Positions 1 to 8,249 of a stretch of DNA of 18,836 nt are shown here, piece after piece. The notes beneath the pieces are model-generated. The model was not told the origin of the DNA, made no database searches, and saw nothing but the letters and a program-made list of their open reading frames with translations. The stretch is from Cyanobacteria bacterium J06626_4 (lineage in GTDB: Bacteria; Cyanobacteriota; Cyanobacteriia; Phormidesmidales; Phormidesmidaceae), in NCBI GenBank assembly GCA_038523235.1, contig JBCBJQ010000113.1:1-18836 (forward strand), in the 5' to 3' direction. Position 1 is the first letter of the stretch; each line of letters opens with the position of its first letter. A program made the translations under genes and the position numbers.

Positions 1-168
1 GAAAGTGGAATGCCAGCTATGTACGCAAACAAAGAAGCTTATTTGACATTGGCAAAATCTTTCCTGAAAATGGCTCTTTGCGAGTATTCAAATGGGTTTC
101 ATCTTCATTTAAGACAAGATTTCGATGGAGACGAACGAGAGATTATACGTTGCTACTTGATAGATTAG
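1..168 (+). CDS. 3' part of a small protein resembling Imm32-type immunity proteins (truncated by window edge)
   Basis: Frame 1 is open from base 1 to TAG at 166-168 and reads ESGMPAMYANKEAYLTLAKSFLKMALCEYSNGFHLHLRQDFDGDEREIIRCYLID. The AN.E..LTLA..FL.MA...G.HLHL pattern recalls Imm32 from memory only. AT-rich relative to neighbours. Not in the supplied ORF track. Confidence 0.45.
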   Translation, partial: ESGMPAMYANKEAYLTLAKSFLKMALCEYSNGFHLHLRQDFDGDEREIIRCYLID

Positions 169-181
169 CGAGGTCGCCCAA

Positions 182-1021
182 CTACTGCGCGTCTTTGAAG
201 TTGAACAGAAAAGGCGCACTATCTTGCTCATCGCCGCCCATGACTAACACCTTCGGCATCTGAGCACCGCCTGCCTTCCACGCTTGAATCGCTTCCTTTT
301 GCAACACCAGCTGTCCGCCCTCGGCCTTTAACGTTTCCGCTAGCAAGCGCTGCGCTTCCGCCTTACCCTGGGCTCGATTAATATCCGCCTGGGCCTGTTG
401 CTCAGCTTCTTGAGCAACATAGATCGCTCGCTTGGCGCTCTGTTCTGCGATTTGCTTTTCTTCGACTGCGCGGGCAAATTCTGGTGAAAAGTCCAAATCA
501 ACCACGCTCGTGTCTAGCACCAGAATGCCGTACTTTTCGAGTCGTTCACTGAGAGCCTCATCAAAATCTCGCTTGAGTTCGTTCCTTTTGGTGATGGCTT
601 CTTCTACCGTGCGGCGGGCGGCGGCAATCTTAAACGATTCCTGCGTTTGCGGGGCAATGATTTTAGACACGATATTGGCGAGTGTGCCTTGAGTGCGGCG
701 AATATCCACAACGTTTAGCGGATCAAGGCGAAAGTTAATCGCAAACCGAGCTGACAGATCCTGCAGATCCTCCGTCGAACTTTGTGCAGGCACTTCAAAC
801 TTTTGCACCGTCACATCGTAAATATCAACGATAGAAACCAGTGGCGGTTTGACGTGAATGCCCTCTAGCAAAACGCCGTCTCTCGCTTTGCCCAAAACGC
901 TGAGCACCCCAGCCTGGCCGGGATTGATCACCACAAAGCTATTCAATGCTACAAACAACACAAAGGCAAGCAGAATAACCGGTGTGAGGAGCGCATTGCT
1001 AGGAGGAGAGGCGTTTTTCAA
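182..1021 (-). CDS. SPFH/Band 7 prohibitin-family membrane protein
   Basis: N-terminal hydrophobic helix, then the prohibitin signature (VVINPGQAGV...EGIH...DLQ...L..YGI.V.D.S.VDLDFSPEFARAVEEKQIAEQ.A.RA) and an Ala/Glu/Gln coiled coil. Start placed at TTG 1021 (MKNASPP, 279 aa). The ORF-track start at 1132 is probably too far upstream. Confidence 0.92.
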   Translation of the reverse strand: MKNASPPSNALLTPVILLAFVLFVALNSFVVINPGQAGVLSVLGKARDGVLLEGIHVKPPLVSIVDIYDVTVQKFEVPAQSSTEDLQDLSARFAINFRLDPLNVVDIRRTQGTLANIVSKIIAPQTQESFKIAAARRTVEEAITKRNELKRDFDEALSERLEKYGILVLDTSVVDLDFSPEFARAVEEKQIAEQSAKRAIYVAQEAEQQAQADINRAQGKAEAQRLLAETLKAEGGQLVLQKEAIQAWKAGGAQMPKVLVMGGDEQDSAPFLFNFKDAQ

Positions 1022-1272
1022 AATCTGAATCCCGATTATAGGTTGATTAAAACAATAAGCTGCTGCGGTGCTAGCCAAGGCCAGCCGCCTTGATCGTACA
1101 GGCAGAGGCGACATGAGCAGACCCATCCTCAATATTCTTATCCCACCAAACTGAGGAGATTAAGCTGGGGCGAGCGCCCCTACTCAATCGCAATTCTCAA
1201 CACCTATAGTTTTCTGGTAGGGCTTGACTCACAGCCATCTGAACCGGCTCTACAGTCTTGCACTTAGCACCT

Positions 1273-3111
1273 TTAATCCAGCTCAAACTCCTGCTGCCAG
1301 GCATCATCTTTGGCCCAGGGTTTTTGGTCAGACTTCTTGAGCACAAAGTTCTCAACCACGAGATAGTCCATCTCAGTGCGCATGAAGCAGCGATAGGCAT
1401 CTTCGGGGGTGCAGACAATCGGTTCGCCCCGCACGTTAAAGGAGGTATTGACCAGCAGCGCACAGCCCGTTTTTTGTTCAAACCGACTGATGAGGTCATA
1501 GTAGCGGCGGTTGCTTTCTCCGTGCACCGTTTGAATGCGGGCGGAATAGTCGACATGGGTGACAGCCGGAATTGTCGATCGCGGTACATTCAGTTTTTCA
1601 ATGCCAAAGAGCTGCTGCTGCTCCGCCGTCATGGGAATCTGCAGCTCCGTCTGTACCGGGGCGACAAACAGCATGTAGGGGCTGGCGCGATCGATTTGAA
1701 AATAGTCGGAGACCCGCTCAGCCAAAACCGACGGCGCAAACGGTCGAAAGGACTCGCGATATTTGACCTTCAAATTCATGACGGACTGCATCTTGGCGCT
1801 GCGGGGGTCGCCAATGATCGAGCGATTGCCCAGGGCGCGGGGGCCAAACTCCATGCGGCCTTGAAACCAGCCCACGACATTTTCCTGCGCTAAAATTTCG
1901 GCGACTTGGGTCAGCAGGGCCTCGTCGTCGAGTTGCTGATAGGTCGCTCCCAACGCGTCGAGTGATCGCTGAATCGCCGGGGGGCTAAAGCTCGGCCCTA
2001 AATAAGCACCCTGCATGCTGTCGGAGAGTGAGACCGGGCGAGGGCGATCGCAATATTGATGCCAGATCGCCAGCGCGGCTCCCAAGGCTCCCCCGGCATC
2101 CCCCGCTGCTGGCTGAATCCAGATGTTTTTAAACGGCCCTTCTCGCAAGAGCCGACCGTTGGCCACACAGTTCAACGCGACGCCCCCCGCCAGACAGAGG
2201 TTCTCCGCACCGGTTTCCCGTTGCACCGTCTGGGCCAGGCGCAGCACGATGGTTTCCACCACGGCCTGTACCGAGGCCGCCAAATCCATTTCGCGCTGGG
2301 TAATGTCGCTTTCGGCCTGACGCGGGGGGCCACCAAACAGCTCATCAAACTTGCGGTTGGTCATGGTGAGCCCGACCGCATAGTTGAAGTAAGACAGATT
2401 CAAGCGAAAGGTGCCGTCTGGCTTCAAATCCACCAGGTTTTGCAGAATCAAGTCCTGATAGATCGGTTCACCATAGGGCGCTAGCCCCATCAGTTTGTAT
2501 TCGCCCGAGTTGACTTTGAACCCAGCGTAGTAGGTAAAGGCAGAGTAGAGCAGGCCTAATGAATGGGGAAAGTTGATCTCCCATTGGGGGATGAGTTGGT
2601 TGCCCTGACCGAGCCACAGCGACGTCGTGGCCCACTCGCCCACAGCATCTAAACACAACACTGCCGCTTGCTCAAAGGGGCTAGGAAAAAAGGCCGATGC
2701 CGCATGGGACTGATGATGCTCAGTAAAGAGCAGCTGCGGGAGCTGCGATCGCTCGCATTGCCCGAGCTCACGCAGTTCTCTTTTGAGAATCGATTTGAGA
2801 TACAGCTTTTCTTTGAGCCAAACCGGCATTGCTACCAAAAACGATTTGAACCCGCGAGGCGCGTAAGCCAGATAGGTCTCGAGCAGTCGTTCAAAGGTGA
2901 TGAGGGGCTTTTCGTAAAAGACGACGGTATCAATATCGGTCAAAGCGAGCCCGGCGGCTTGCAGACAGTAGGTAATGGCCTGGGCCGGAAATCTAGCATC
3001 GTGCTTTTTGCGCGAAAATCGCTCTTCTTGGGCGGCGGCGACGATGGTGCCATCAATCACCAGAGCAGCGGCGCTGTCGTGATAAAAAGCGGAAATGCCG
3101 AGAATTCTCAT
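1273..3111 (-). CDS. Carbamoyltransferase, NodU/CmcH family
   Basis: Motifs ILGISAFYHDSAAA, AAQEERFSRKKHD, EHHQSHAASAF, EYKLMGLAPYG, LAGGVALNCVANG, GRMEFGPRALGNRSI, KYRESFRPFAP, NTSFNVRGEPIV. 612 aa. Confidence 0.95.
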   Translation of the reverse strand: MRILGISAFYHDSAAALVIDGTIVAAAQEERFSRKKHDARFPAQAITYCLQAAGLALTDIDTVVFYEKPLITFERLLETYLAYAPRGFKSFLVAMPVWLKEKLYLKSILKRELRELGQCERSQLPQLLFTEHHQSHAASAFFPSPFEQAAVLCLDAVGEWATTSLWLGQGNQLIPQWEINFPHSLGLLYSAFTYYAGFKVNSGEYKLMGLAPYGEPIYQDLILQNLVDLKPDGTFRLNLSYFNYAVGLTMTNRKFDELFGGPPRQAESDITQREMDLAASVQAVVETIVLRLAQTVQRETGAENLCLAGGVALNCVANGRLLREGPFKNIWIQPAAGDAGGALGAALAIWHQYCDRPRPVSLSDSMQGAYLGPSFSPPAIQRSLDALGATYQQLDDEALLTQVAEILAQENVVGWFQGRMEFGPRALGNRSIIGDPRSAKMQSVMNLKVKYRESFRPFAPSVLAERVSDYFQIDRASPYMLFVAPVQTELQIPMTAEQQQLFGIEKLNVPRSTIPAVTHVDYSARIQTVHGESNRRYYDLISRFEQKTGCALLVNTSFNVRGEPIVCTPEDAYRCFMRTEMDYLVVENFVLKKSDQKPWAKDDAWQQEFELD

Positions 3112-3370
3112 GGTGCGTGATAGGCGGCGTTAACAAGGCGATGGTGGGCAGAGTGACCGGGCAGAGAGGACGTCAGAGGAACGATCGGCTCACATGCTCC
3201 ACCTGGTGAGTCGAACTGCTGGCTAAAGGTTGGCCAGGCAAGATCGCAACTGAGCAATTGCCCCAACCTTGAGCATCCTTAAGGTGAAGGTCACCGGATG
3301 AAGCTCAGACTCTTTGACAAGGAATACATGCAGGCCATTCTAACCTCAAGCAGGAGCCAGGATGAAGCGA

Positions 3371-3610
3371 TTACCTGAGGTCATCACCGGTTTCACCGGT
3401 CTCTCTTCGCAGTAGATAGTCCAGTATGCGGTCATGCCGTTCACTCGCAGCGGTTAGGCTATCAACTCGCTGTGTCAGGGCTTGAATATCAACGGCGTTA
3501 CGTTGCGCCACGTTGGAGGCTTGCAGCAGGAGTTCTCCGGCGCTCGCTAAAACGTCTTCTAGGTGACGAATTCTGGGTTCCCAATCTCGCTCACGCGGGG
3601 CGCTGGTCAT
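3371..3610 (-). CDS. Small hypothetical coiled-coil protein (79 aa)
   Basis: From ATG at 3610 it reads MTSAPRERDWEPRIRHLEDVLASAGELLLQASNVAQRNAVDIQALTQRVDSLTAASERHDRILDYLLRR, a heptad-like pattern. The longer ORF-track version overlaps the upstream gene. Confidence 0.65.
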   Translation of the reverse strand: MTSAPRERDWEPRIRHLEDVLASAGELLLQASNVAQRNAVDIQALTQRVDSLTAASERHDRILDYLLRRETGETGDDLR

Positions 3611-3693
3611 CTTATGCAAGCCACTACGGAATGCATCCATTATAAAAGCGAGGTCCGGCTTCCTAAGGGCATGCCCCCAAGACCGCTTGCCCC

Positions 3694-4284
3694 TTAGGAA
3701 GCCTTTGTTTGCAAAGCCCCACAGGCCACCACGGCACCGACTGTCACGAGAGCCCAAATAGACGTTGCTTCGGGAACGGCTGCCGTGGCTGACGAACCCG
3801 GGATGGGAGCCGCATCGTCGTTGTCTTGAGCAAAGGTCAGCGCGATATCTGCAGTCGTCACGCCGGGCACGCCGATCACGATGCTACCGGGCGAGTTACT
3901 CAGGCCAGCGCGGAACGATGCACCGGCTAATAACGACGAATTCAAAAAGAGGGTGTTGTCAGTCACCGCCGGAGAAGTATTCCGACTACCCGAACTGGAA
4001 AAAGCAAAATCAGTGAGCGTGCCGCCTGAAACAGTCCAACTGTTGATTAGGGGATTGCCGACATACTCACCCAAGCCAAACCCGGCAGTATTGCTCGTAA
4101 TTTCTACGCTGGTTGCGGCTGAAGTCCCTTCGTCTGATAGCCCGCGAATCAATCCCTCTACGGTGCCACTACCGTTTAGCTCGTTTTCGAATTGGAATCT
4201 GAAGTCAACGGCGGCGGCAGACCCCGCAAAGCCAACACCCAAGGCGATCGCACTGGCCCATACGCACATCGTTTGCCGGAACAT
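3694..4284 (-). CDS. PEP-CTERM-like secreted surface protein
   Basis: Signal peptide ending AGSAAA, a Ser/Thr/Gly/Asn-rich body, and C-terminal VPEATSIWALVTVGAVVACGALQTKAS (VPE motif, hydrophobic helix, short tail). Confidence 0.75.
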   Translation of the reverse strand: MFRQTMCVWASAIALGVGFAGSAAAVDFRFQFENELNGSGTVEGLIRGLSDEGTSAATSVEITSNTAGFGLGEYVGNPLINSWTVSGGTLTDFAFSSSGSRNTSPAVTDNTLFLNSSLLAGASFRAGLSNSPGSIVIGVPGVTTADIALTFAQDNDDAAPIPGSSATAAVPEATSIWALVTVGAVVACGALQTKAS

Positions 4285-4720
4285 TGCAACTTTCCCGTAG
4301 AGATCATGAAGGTGTACTCAATGGCTCCTTGATGCCATCACTGGCCTAGCTTTCAAAGGCGATCGCCGCAAGTTCAAGAGCAATCCTACAGAGCTTACTT
4401 TACTAAATCTTCAAAAGGAATTCAGTAATGCCTCTGTAGTCAGAAGCTATTCAAGGAACTAGCCAATAATACTTCTATCCCGAGGCCTCATCACACGACA
4501 GAGAGCACCGGTGATTTTTCAGCACTAGCTGCTCAGCGCAAAAGGCAGCTCAGGCTGCAATCGCCTCTTAGGGAAAGGCTTCATTCTGCTGTTACAGCGT
4601 CTCACTAGCACCGCCTGGCAGGAGTCTTTCGACGCTTGGACGGGCCACCCATCTTGAACCCTAAGGAACAAGGATTATATAAATTCCACAATTTGGCCTG
4701 AGGCACAGTGGGATCACATT

Positions 4721-4809
4721 TCCCCTCCTGGGAGGGGCAGCGGGGTGGGTTGACCATGAGTGCTGGGGATCAAAACCACCCCGCCTACGGCACCCCTCCC
4801 GAGAGGGGA
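4721..4809. repeat. Palindromic small dispersed repeat (double hairpin)
   Basis: tcccctcctgggagggg...gcggggtgggtt...aaccaccccgc...cccctcccgagagggga: two CCCCTCC/GAGGGG hairpins around an inverted pair. Confidence 0.7.
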
Positions 4810-5007
4810 GAAACTGACACATTATTAAATTTCCGATCCTAAGCCTTGCATCCTAAACCCAGGCCATCATGAATCGCTCAATATCTTTGCGTCAACGCTA
4901 CTCGGCGATCGTCCCATCAATCAAGTTGGCATGGGCTCTTCCTAAGATCTTCTTTTTCTTTTGCTCTAATGATGGCGTCCACTTAGATGATCTCATCTTT
5001 AAGACCA

Positions 5008-6087
5008 ATGACTACCCTTCTACAACGTCAAGACAAAAACTTGTGGGAGAGCTTCTGTAATTGGATCACCAGTACCGAAAACCGCCTCTATATTGGCTGG
5101 TTCGGTGTTTTGATGATTCCGCTGCTAGGAGTTTCTACCACCGTCTTTGTCCTTGCCTTTATTGCGGCTCCCCCGGTCGATATTGATGGCATCCGGGAAC
5201 CGCTGTCTGGCTCATTGCTGTATGGCAACAACATCATTACAGCGGCAGTTGTGCCCTCATCTAATGCGATCGGCCTCCATTTTTATCCAATTTGGGAAGC
5301 AGCCACCCTGGATGAGTGGCTCTATAACGGCGGCCCGTACCAGATGATCGCCTTCCATTACATTCCGGCATTACTCTGCTATATGGGCCGTGAATGGGAA
5401 CTGAGCTATCGCTTAGGCATGCGTCCTTGGATTTGTGTCGCCTATTCTGCGCCGGTGGCGGCAACGACCTCAGTATTTCTGATTTATCCCATCGGCCAAG
5501 GTAGCTTTTCTGACGGCCTACCCATGGGCATTAGCGGCACCTTCAATTTTATGTTTGTCTTCCAGGCGGAACATAATATCTTGATGCATCCGTTTCATAT
5601 GCTGGGGGTCGCGGGAGTGCTCGGCGGTTCTTTGTTCTGTGCCATGCATGGGTCTTTGGTGACCTCAAGTCTGATTCGAGAGACGACCGAAAATCAGTCT
5701 CAAAATGATGGCTATAAGTTTGGCCAAGAGGAAGAAACTTACAACATTCTGGCGGCACACGGCTATTTTGGTCGCTTGATTTTCCAATATGCCAGCTTTA
5801 ACAACTCTCGCTGGCTGCACTTTTTCCTAGCTGCCTGGCCAGTTGTTTGTATCTGGTTTGTGGCGCTGGGCATTAGCACGATGGCATTTAACCTTAATGG
5901 CTTTAACTTTAATCACTCGATTCTGGACTCTCAAGGTCGAGTGCTGCCGAGCTGGGCTGATGTGGTTAATCGAGCCAATTTAGGTTTTGAGGTTTTGCAT
6001 GAGCGTAATGCCCATAATTTTCCTCTAGATTTGGCTAGCGCACCGGCTATTCCAGTTGCCTATCAGGTGTCTGAAATGCAGGCTTAA
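5008..6087 (+). CDS. psbA3: Photosystem II D1 protein, far-red (FaRLiP) isoform
   Basis: D1 sequence from MTTLLQRQ (ATG 5008, 359 aa). Mn-cluster ligands are retained (SFSDG Asp170, QAEH Glu189, [13 protein letters not shown]). Far-red-type substitutions FHYIPAL (Tyr), AATTSVF (Thr), [23 protein letters not shown] rather than the ChlF QD motif. Confidence 0.93.
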   Translation: MTTLLQRQDKNLWESFCNWITSTENRLYIGWFGVLMIPLLGVSTTVFVLAFIAAPPVDIDGIREPLSGSLLYGNNIITAAVVPSSNAIGLHFYPIWEAATLDEWLYNGGPYQMIAFHYIPALLCYMGREWELSYRLGMRPWICVAYSAPVAATTSVFLIYPIGQGSFSDGLPMGISGTFNFMFVFQAEHNILMHPFHMLGVAGVLGGSLFCAMHGSLVTSSLIRETTENQSQNDGYKFGQEEETYNILAAHGYFGRLIFQYASFNNSRWLHFFLAAWPVVCIWFVALGISTMAFNLNGFNFNHSILDSQGRVLPSWADVVNRANLGFEVLHERNAHNFPLDLASAPAIPVAYQVSEMQA

Positions 6088-6120
6088 TCTCGTTTTTGAC
6101 TATTAAACGCGTCAAGCATA

Positions 6121-6154
6121 CAGCGCTTTCTCTTCAGAAAAGCGCTGTTTTTTT
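6121..6154 (+). terminator. Rho-independent terminator of psbA3
   Basis: Stem cagcgcttt (6121-6129) / aaagcgctg (6139-6147) followed by a T7 run, 33 nt after the stop codon. Confidence 0.85.
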
Positions 6155-6396
6155 GTTGCTAAGATTCTTCAAACAGTCGTCTTGACTCGCTAATTGCGCC
6201 TACGGACATGTTGACGCTTTGCGTCTCCCCCTGAAGAACCCGGTGTCTGGGAACCGATCAACAGTCTGCGACAAGTTTTTATATAGAAACTGACGGTATT
6301 TCTTGGAATGCTCCTAGGGCACATAACGCTTTGTAGAAAGCCTATCTATTGAATGCGTATAGCCTTTCGGGCATTGCTACGCTCAGCGATAAGTAA

Positions 6397-6524
6397 TAAG
6401 TGGGTAGCCCTAATTATCGTAGGGTGTGTCACGCCAGGCGATGACGCACCAAAACCAATCCAGACGGTGCGTTGGGCGATCGCCACAATACCCCTTACAA
6501 CATCTAATTAGGACTGGCTACTTA
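6397..6524. mobile_element. MITE-like element with imperfect 20-bp terminal inverted repeats enclosing REP-like palindromes
   Basis: Left taagtgggtagccctaatta (6397-6416) matches the reverse complement of 6505-6524 (taagtagccagtcctaatta) at 16/20. TA at both ends. The interior has a GTAG-led ggtgtgtca...tgacgcacc hairpin. Confidence 0.6.
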
Positions 6525-6724
6525 CCAATTCTGCAATAGCGCTACAGATCGCAGATTCCCTACTATTGCTGCCCCTATGCCCACAGAACTTTGGAGGGTG
6601 GGGCGATCGCCAACAAGAAACACAGGTGATCGCTCTGCCATGCCCAAGCATGCGTTTAATCATGGGTGCACTGTTGGTGCAATTGCCATTACAGGTGGGT
6701 GGCTTGGTGGTGATCAGGCCCATG

Positions 6725-6794
6725 AAAAAGCCCTCTTGACGAGGGCTGAGGTGTTCGCTCTAACAACGTTTAATAAAAGGTCTCGCTGGGCTGA
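6725..6794 (-). ncRNA. Candidate sRNA or structured 3' element, copy B, ending in an intrinsic terminator
   Basis: Minus strand ...cccagcgagaccttttattaaacgttgttagagcgaacacctcagccctcgtcaagagggcttttt. It shares a perfect 14-mer and the terminator stem with copy A. 5' end unknown. Confidence 0.5.
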
Positions 6795-6912
6795 CTAGAG
6801 CCACGCATCGAGGCGTCGGGGCCGGAGGGCTATATTCACGCACCGCTGGCGCAGACTACAGTGACAAATTTAAGAATCGGGTTCATGCTCAGTCAAACTA
6901 TCAGGAAAAGTT

Positions 6913-6983
6913 AAAAAAGCCCTCCTGAAGAGGGCCATGTTGTTTGCACTAACAACGTTTAACGAGTTTGTCGCTAGGACTGC
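6913..6983 (-). ncRNA. Candidate sRNA or structured 3' element, copy A, ending in an intrinsic terminator that could also end the FaRLiP operon
   Basis: Minus strand ...cctagcgacaaactcgttaaacgttgttagtgcaaacaacatggccctcttcaggagggctttttt. gccctc/gagggc stem plus T6. 5' end unknown. Confidence 0.5.
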
Positions 6984-7019
6984 TGAGCAGAAGTCTGCCG
7001 ACTCTGAGACGGGTTACCC

Positions 7020-7057
7020 ACCGTGAACCCTAAACCGTGAACCCCAAACCGTGAATC
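7020..7057. repeat. Short tandem repeat (14-bp period, STRR-like)
   Basis: accgtgaa recurs at 7020, 7034 and 7048. Confidence 0.8.
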
Positions 7058-7093
7058 TTAAATCACAGTCTGAGATATTGACGCCACCTGCAA

Positions 7094-7477
7094 CTAGCCC
7101 CAACGCTGTACGAGCAAGCGAATGGAGCCATCTTCGCGCTGCTGCTGCTCAGCCACTTCAAACCCTTGCTGCGCCGTCTCCTGGAGGACGGTGTGGTAGG
7201 CGTAGCGCTGGGTAATGAGCTGCAAAAACCCATCCACCGATAGGGGCTGTTGCCAGAACTGTAAATCTGACACCAGGGCATATTCCTGACCATTCCAGGC
7301 AAAGCCGATATCGTGCTGATTGGTCTGTGCAATCACGAGATCGACGCTGCAGGTTTGACCCTGATAGCCTCTAACCTGGGCGGGGCCAGGCTGCCATTCG
7401 ATATCTAGATCCGTTAGGGCTAACTGTAGGACTTTCAGATTGCGCAGGCGAGTTTTGATGTGACTAAAGTGGGACAT
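7094..7477 (-). CDS. ycf35: Ycf35 / DUF1257 family protein
   Basis: MSHFS.IKT.L, VRGYQGQT, DIGF.WNG.EY.LV.DLQFW, ITQRYAY, GF.V.EQ...DGSIRL.VQRW is the typical Ycf35 pattern. 127 aa. Confidence 0.9.
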   Translation of the reverse strand: MSHFSHIKTRLRNLKVLQLALTDLDIEWQPGPAQVRGYQGQTCSVDLVIAQTNQHDIGFAWNGQEYALVSDLQFWQQPLSVDGFLQLITQRYAYHTVLQETAQQGFEVAEQQQREDGSIRLLVQRWG

Positions 7478-7525
7478 GGTGAACCTTGCAAAACGACAGA
7501 CTTTTGGGTGCCGCTCAGGAGGGCA

Positions 7526-7672
7526 CTATTCTCGGTCGATGGGATAGGTTTTGTAAGAATAAATCCCAAAAGCCAGACAGCCAATGAGCAGCACAATGAG
7601 CGCTGAAACAATGCCACTAGCAGTAGAGCTAAAGTCACCTTCTCCGTAAGCTAAATAGAAAAAATTAGGCAT
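7526..7672 (-). CDS. Small single-transmembrane protein (48 aa) directly downstream of psbH2; candidate far-red PSII small subunit
   Basis: GGAGGT Shine-Dalgarno 4 nt before ATG at 7672. MPNFFYLAYGEGDFSSTASGIVSALIVLLIGCLAFGIYSYKTYPIDRE has one hydrophobic helix of about 20 aa. Same strand as the operon. Confidence 0.75.
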   Translation of the reverse strand: MPNFFYLAYGEGDFSSTASGIVSALIVLLIGCLAFGIYSYKTYPIDRE

Positions 7673-7724
7673 TTTTACCTCCATGAACAGATAAGGAATC
7701 GCTGAAGTAATTTCCTGACGGGGG

Positions 7725-7946
7725 TTAATCCAAGTCAAATACTGGCGTCACGTCAAAATCATTTAACAGGATGGTGCCGTTATAGAGCTGCAGAATAATT
7801 ATGATAAAAACGAGTAACGACACAAGGAGCGCTCCCATGATGGGCGCAGTGCCCCAGCCTGGGGTGACCCGACCAGCCTCGGAATTAAAGGCTCTCAGCG
7901 CATATTGTAAAGGAGCTGTTTTTTTGGAAACGTATTTTTGCTGCAT
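7725..7946 (-). CDS. psbH2: Photosystem II subunit PsbH, far-red paralog
   Basis: L...NSEAGRVTPGWGTAPIMG...IILQLYN is a divergent form of the PsbH signature LNSEYGKVAPGWGTTPLM. It follows psbB2. Confidence 0.92.
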   Translation of the reverse strand: MQQKYVSKKTAPLQYALRAFNSEAGRVTPGWGTAPIMGALLVSLLVFIIIILQLYNGTILLNDFDVTPVFDLD

Positions 7947-8126
7947 GGATAATCTCTCGGTTCAGGAATGGTCATTTTGCGATCGTTGACGATACCGTTT
8001 AGGCAACGTTATTGGGGCAGTTTCTTAGATAGTTGATGATTTTGAAAAGCTGATGGTTTTAGAAGCTGTTGAAAGCGATTAAGGGCACTGCACCCGCATC
8101 ACATACTGGGCACAGAAACCATTTTT

Positions 8127-8234
8127 GCCGGGGCTTGGCACTGCCAAACCCCGGCGATTGGGGCGGCTATTTTTAAGCAATCGTTGGGCTGACCAGTCCG
8201 GCAATCGGGACAGAATGCGACATCCTGTCCCGAT
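8127..8234. repeat. Two intergenic hairpins after psbB2
   Basis: gccggggcttggcactgccaaaccccggc (8127-8155) and atcgggacagaatgcgacatcctgtcccgat (8204-8234). No U-tract follows on the minus strand. Confidence 0.6.
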
Positions 8235-8249
8235 GCGGTGGCAAACCCC

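Noticed and set aside
1273..3111. Carbamoyltransferase as sxtI of a saxitoxin cluster
   Set aside because: NodU/CmcH homologs are widespread in cyanobacteria, and no sxtJ, sxtK or other sxt gene is adjacent.
5008..6087. psbA as chlorophyll f synthase (chlF/psbA4) or a rogue D1
   Set aside because: It has MG, not QD, in CYMGREWE and retains the Mn4CaO5 ligands and the DLA-S processing site, so it is an oxygen-evolving far-red D1.
6508..6886. Short ORFs 6508-6723 (-), 6577-6798 (+) and a 16-aa ORF starting at 6886 (-)
   Set aside because: None has an SD or recognisable motif, and the two longer ones overlap terminator or MITE sequence.
6725..7057. CRISPR array or tandem riboswitch
   Set aside because: There are only two diverged units with terminators, no regular spacers and no cas genes. 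I recognise no aptamer consensus and there is no credible downstream gene.
7947..8249. psbT downstream of psbB
   Set aside because: Reading the minus strand by hand showed no PsbT-like ORF, only hairpins.
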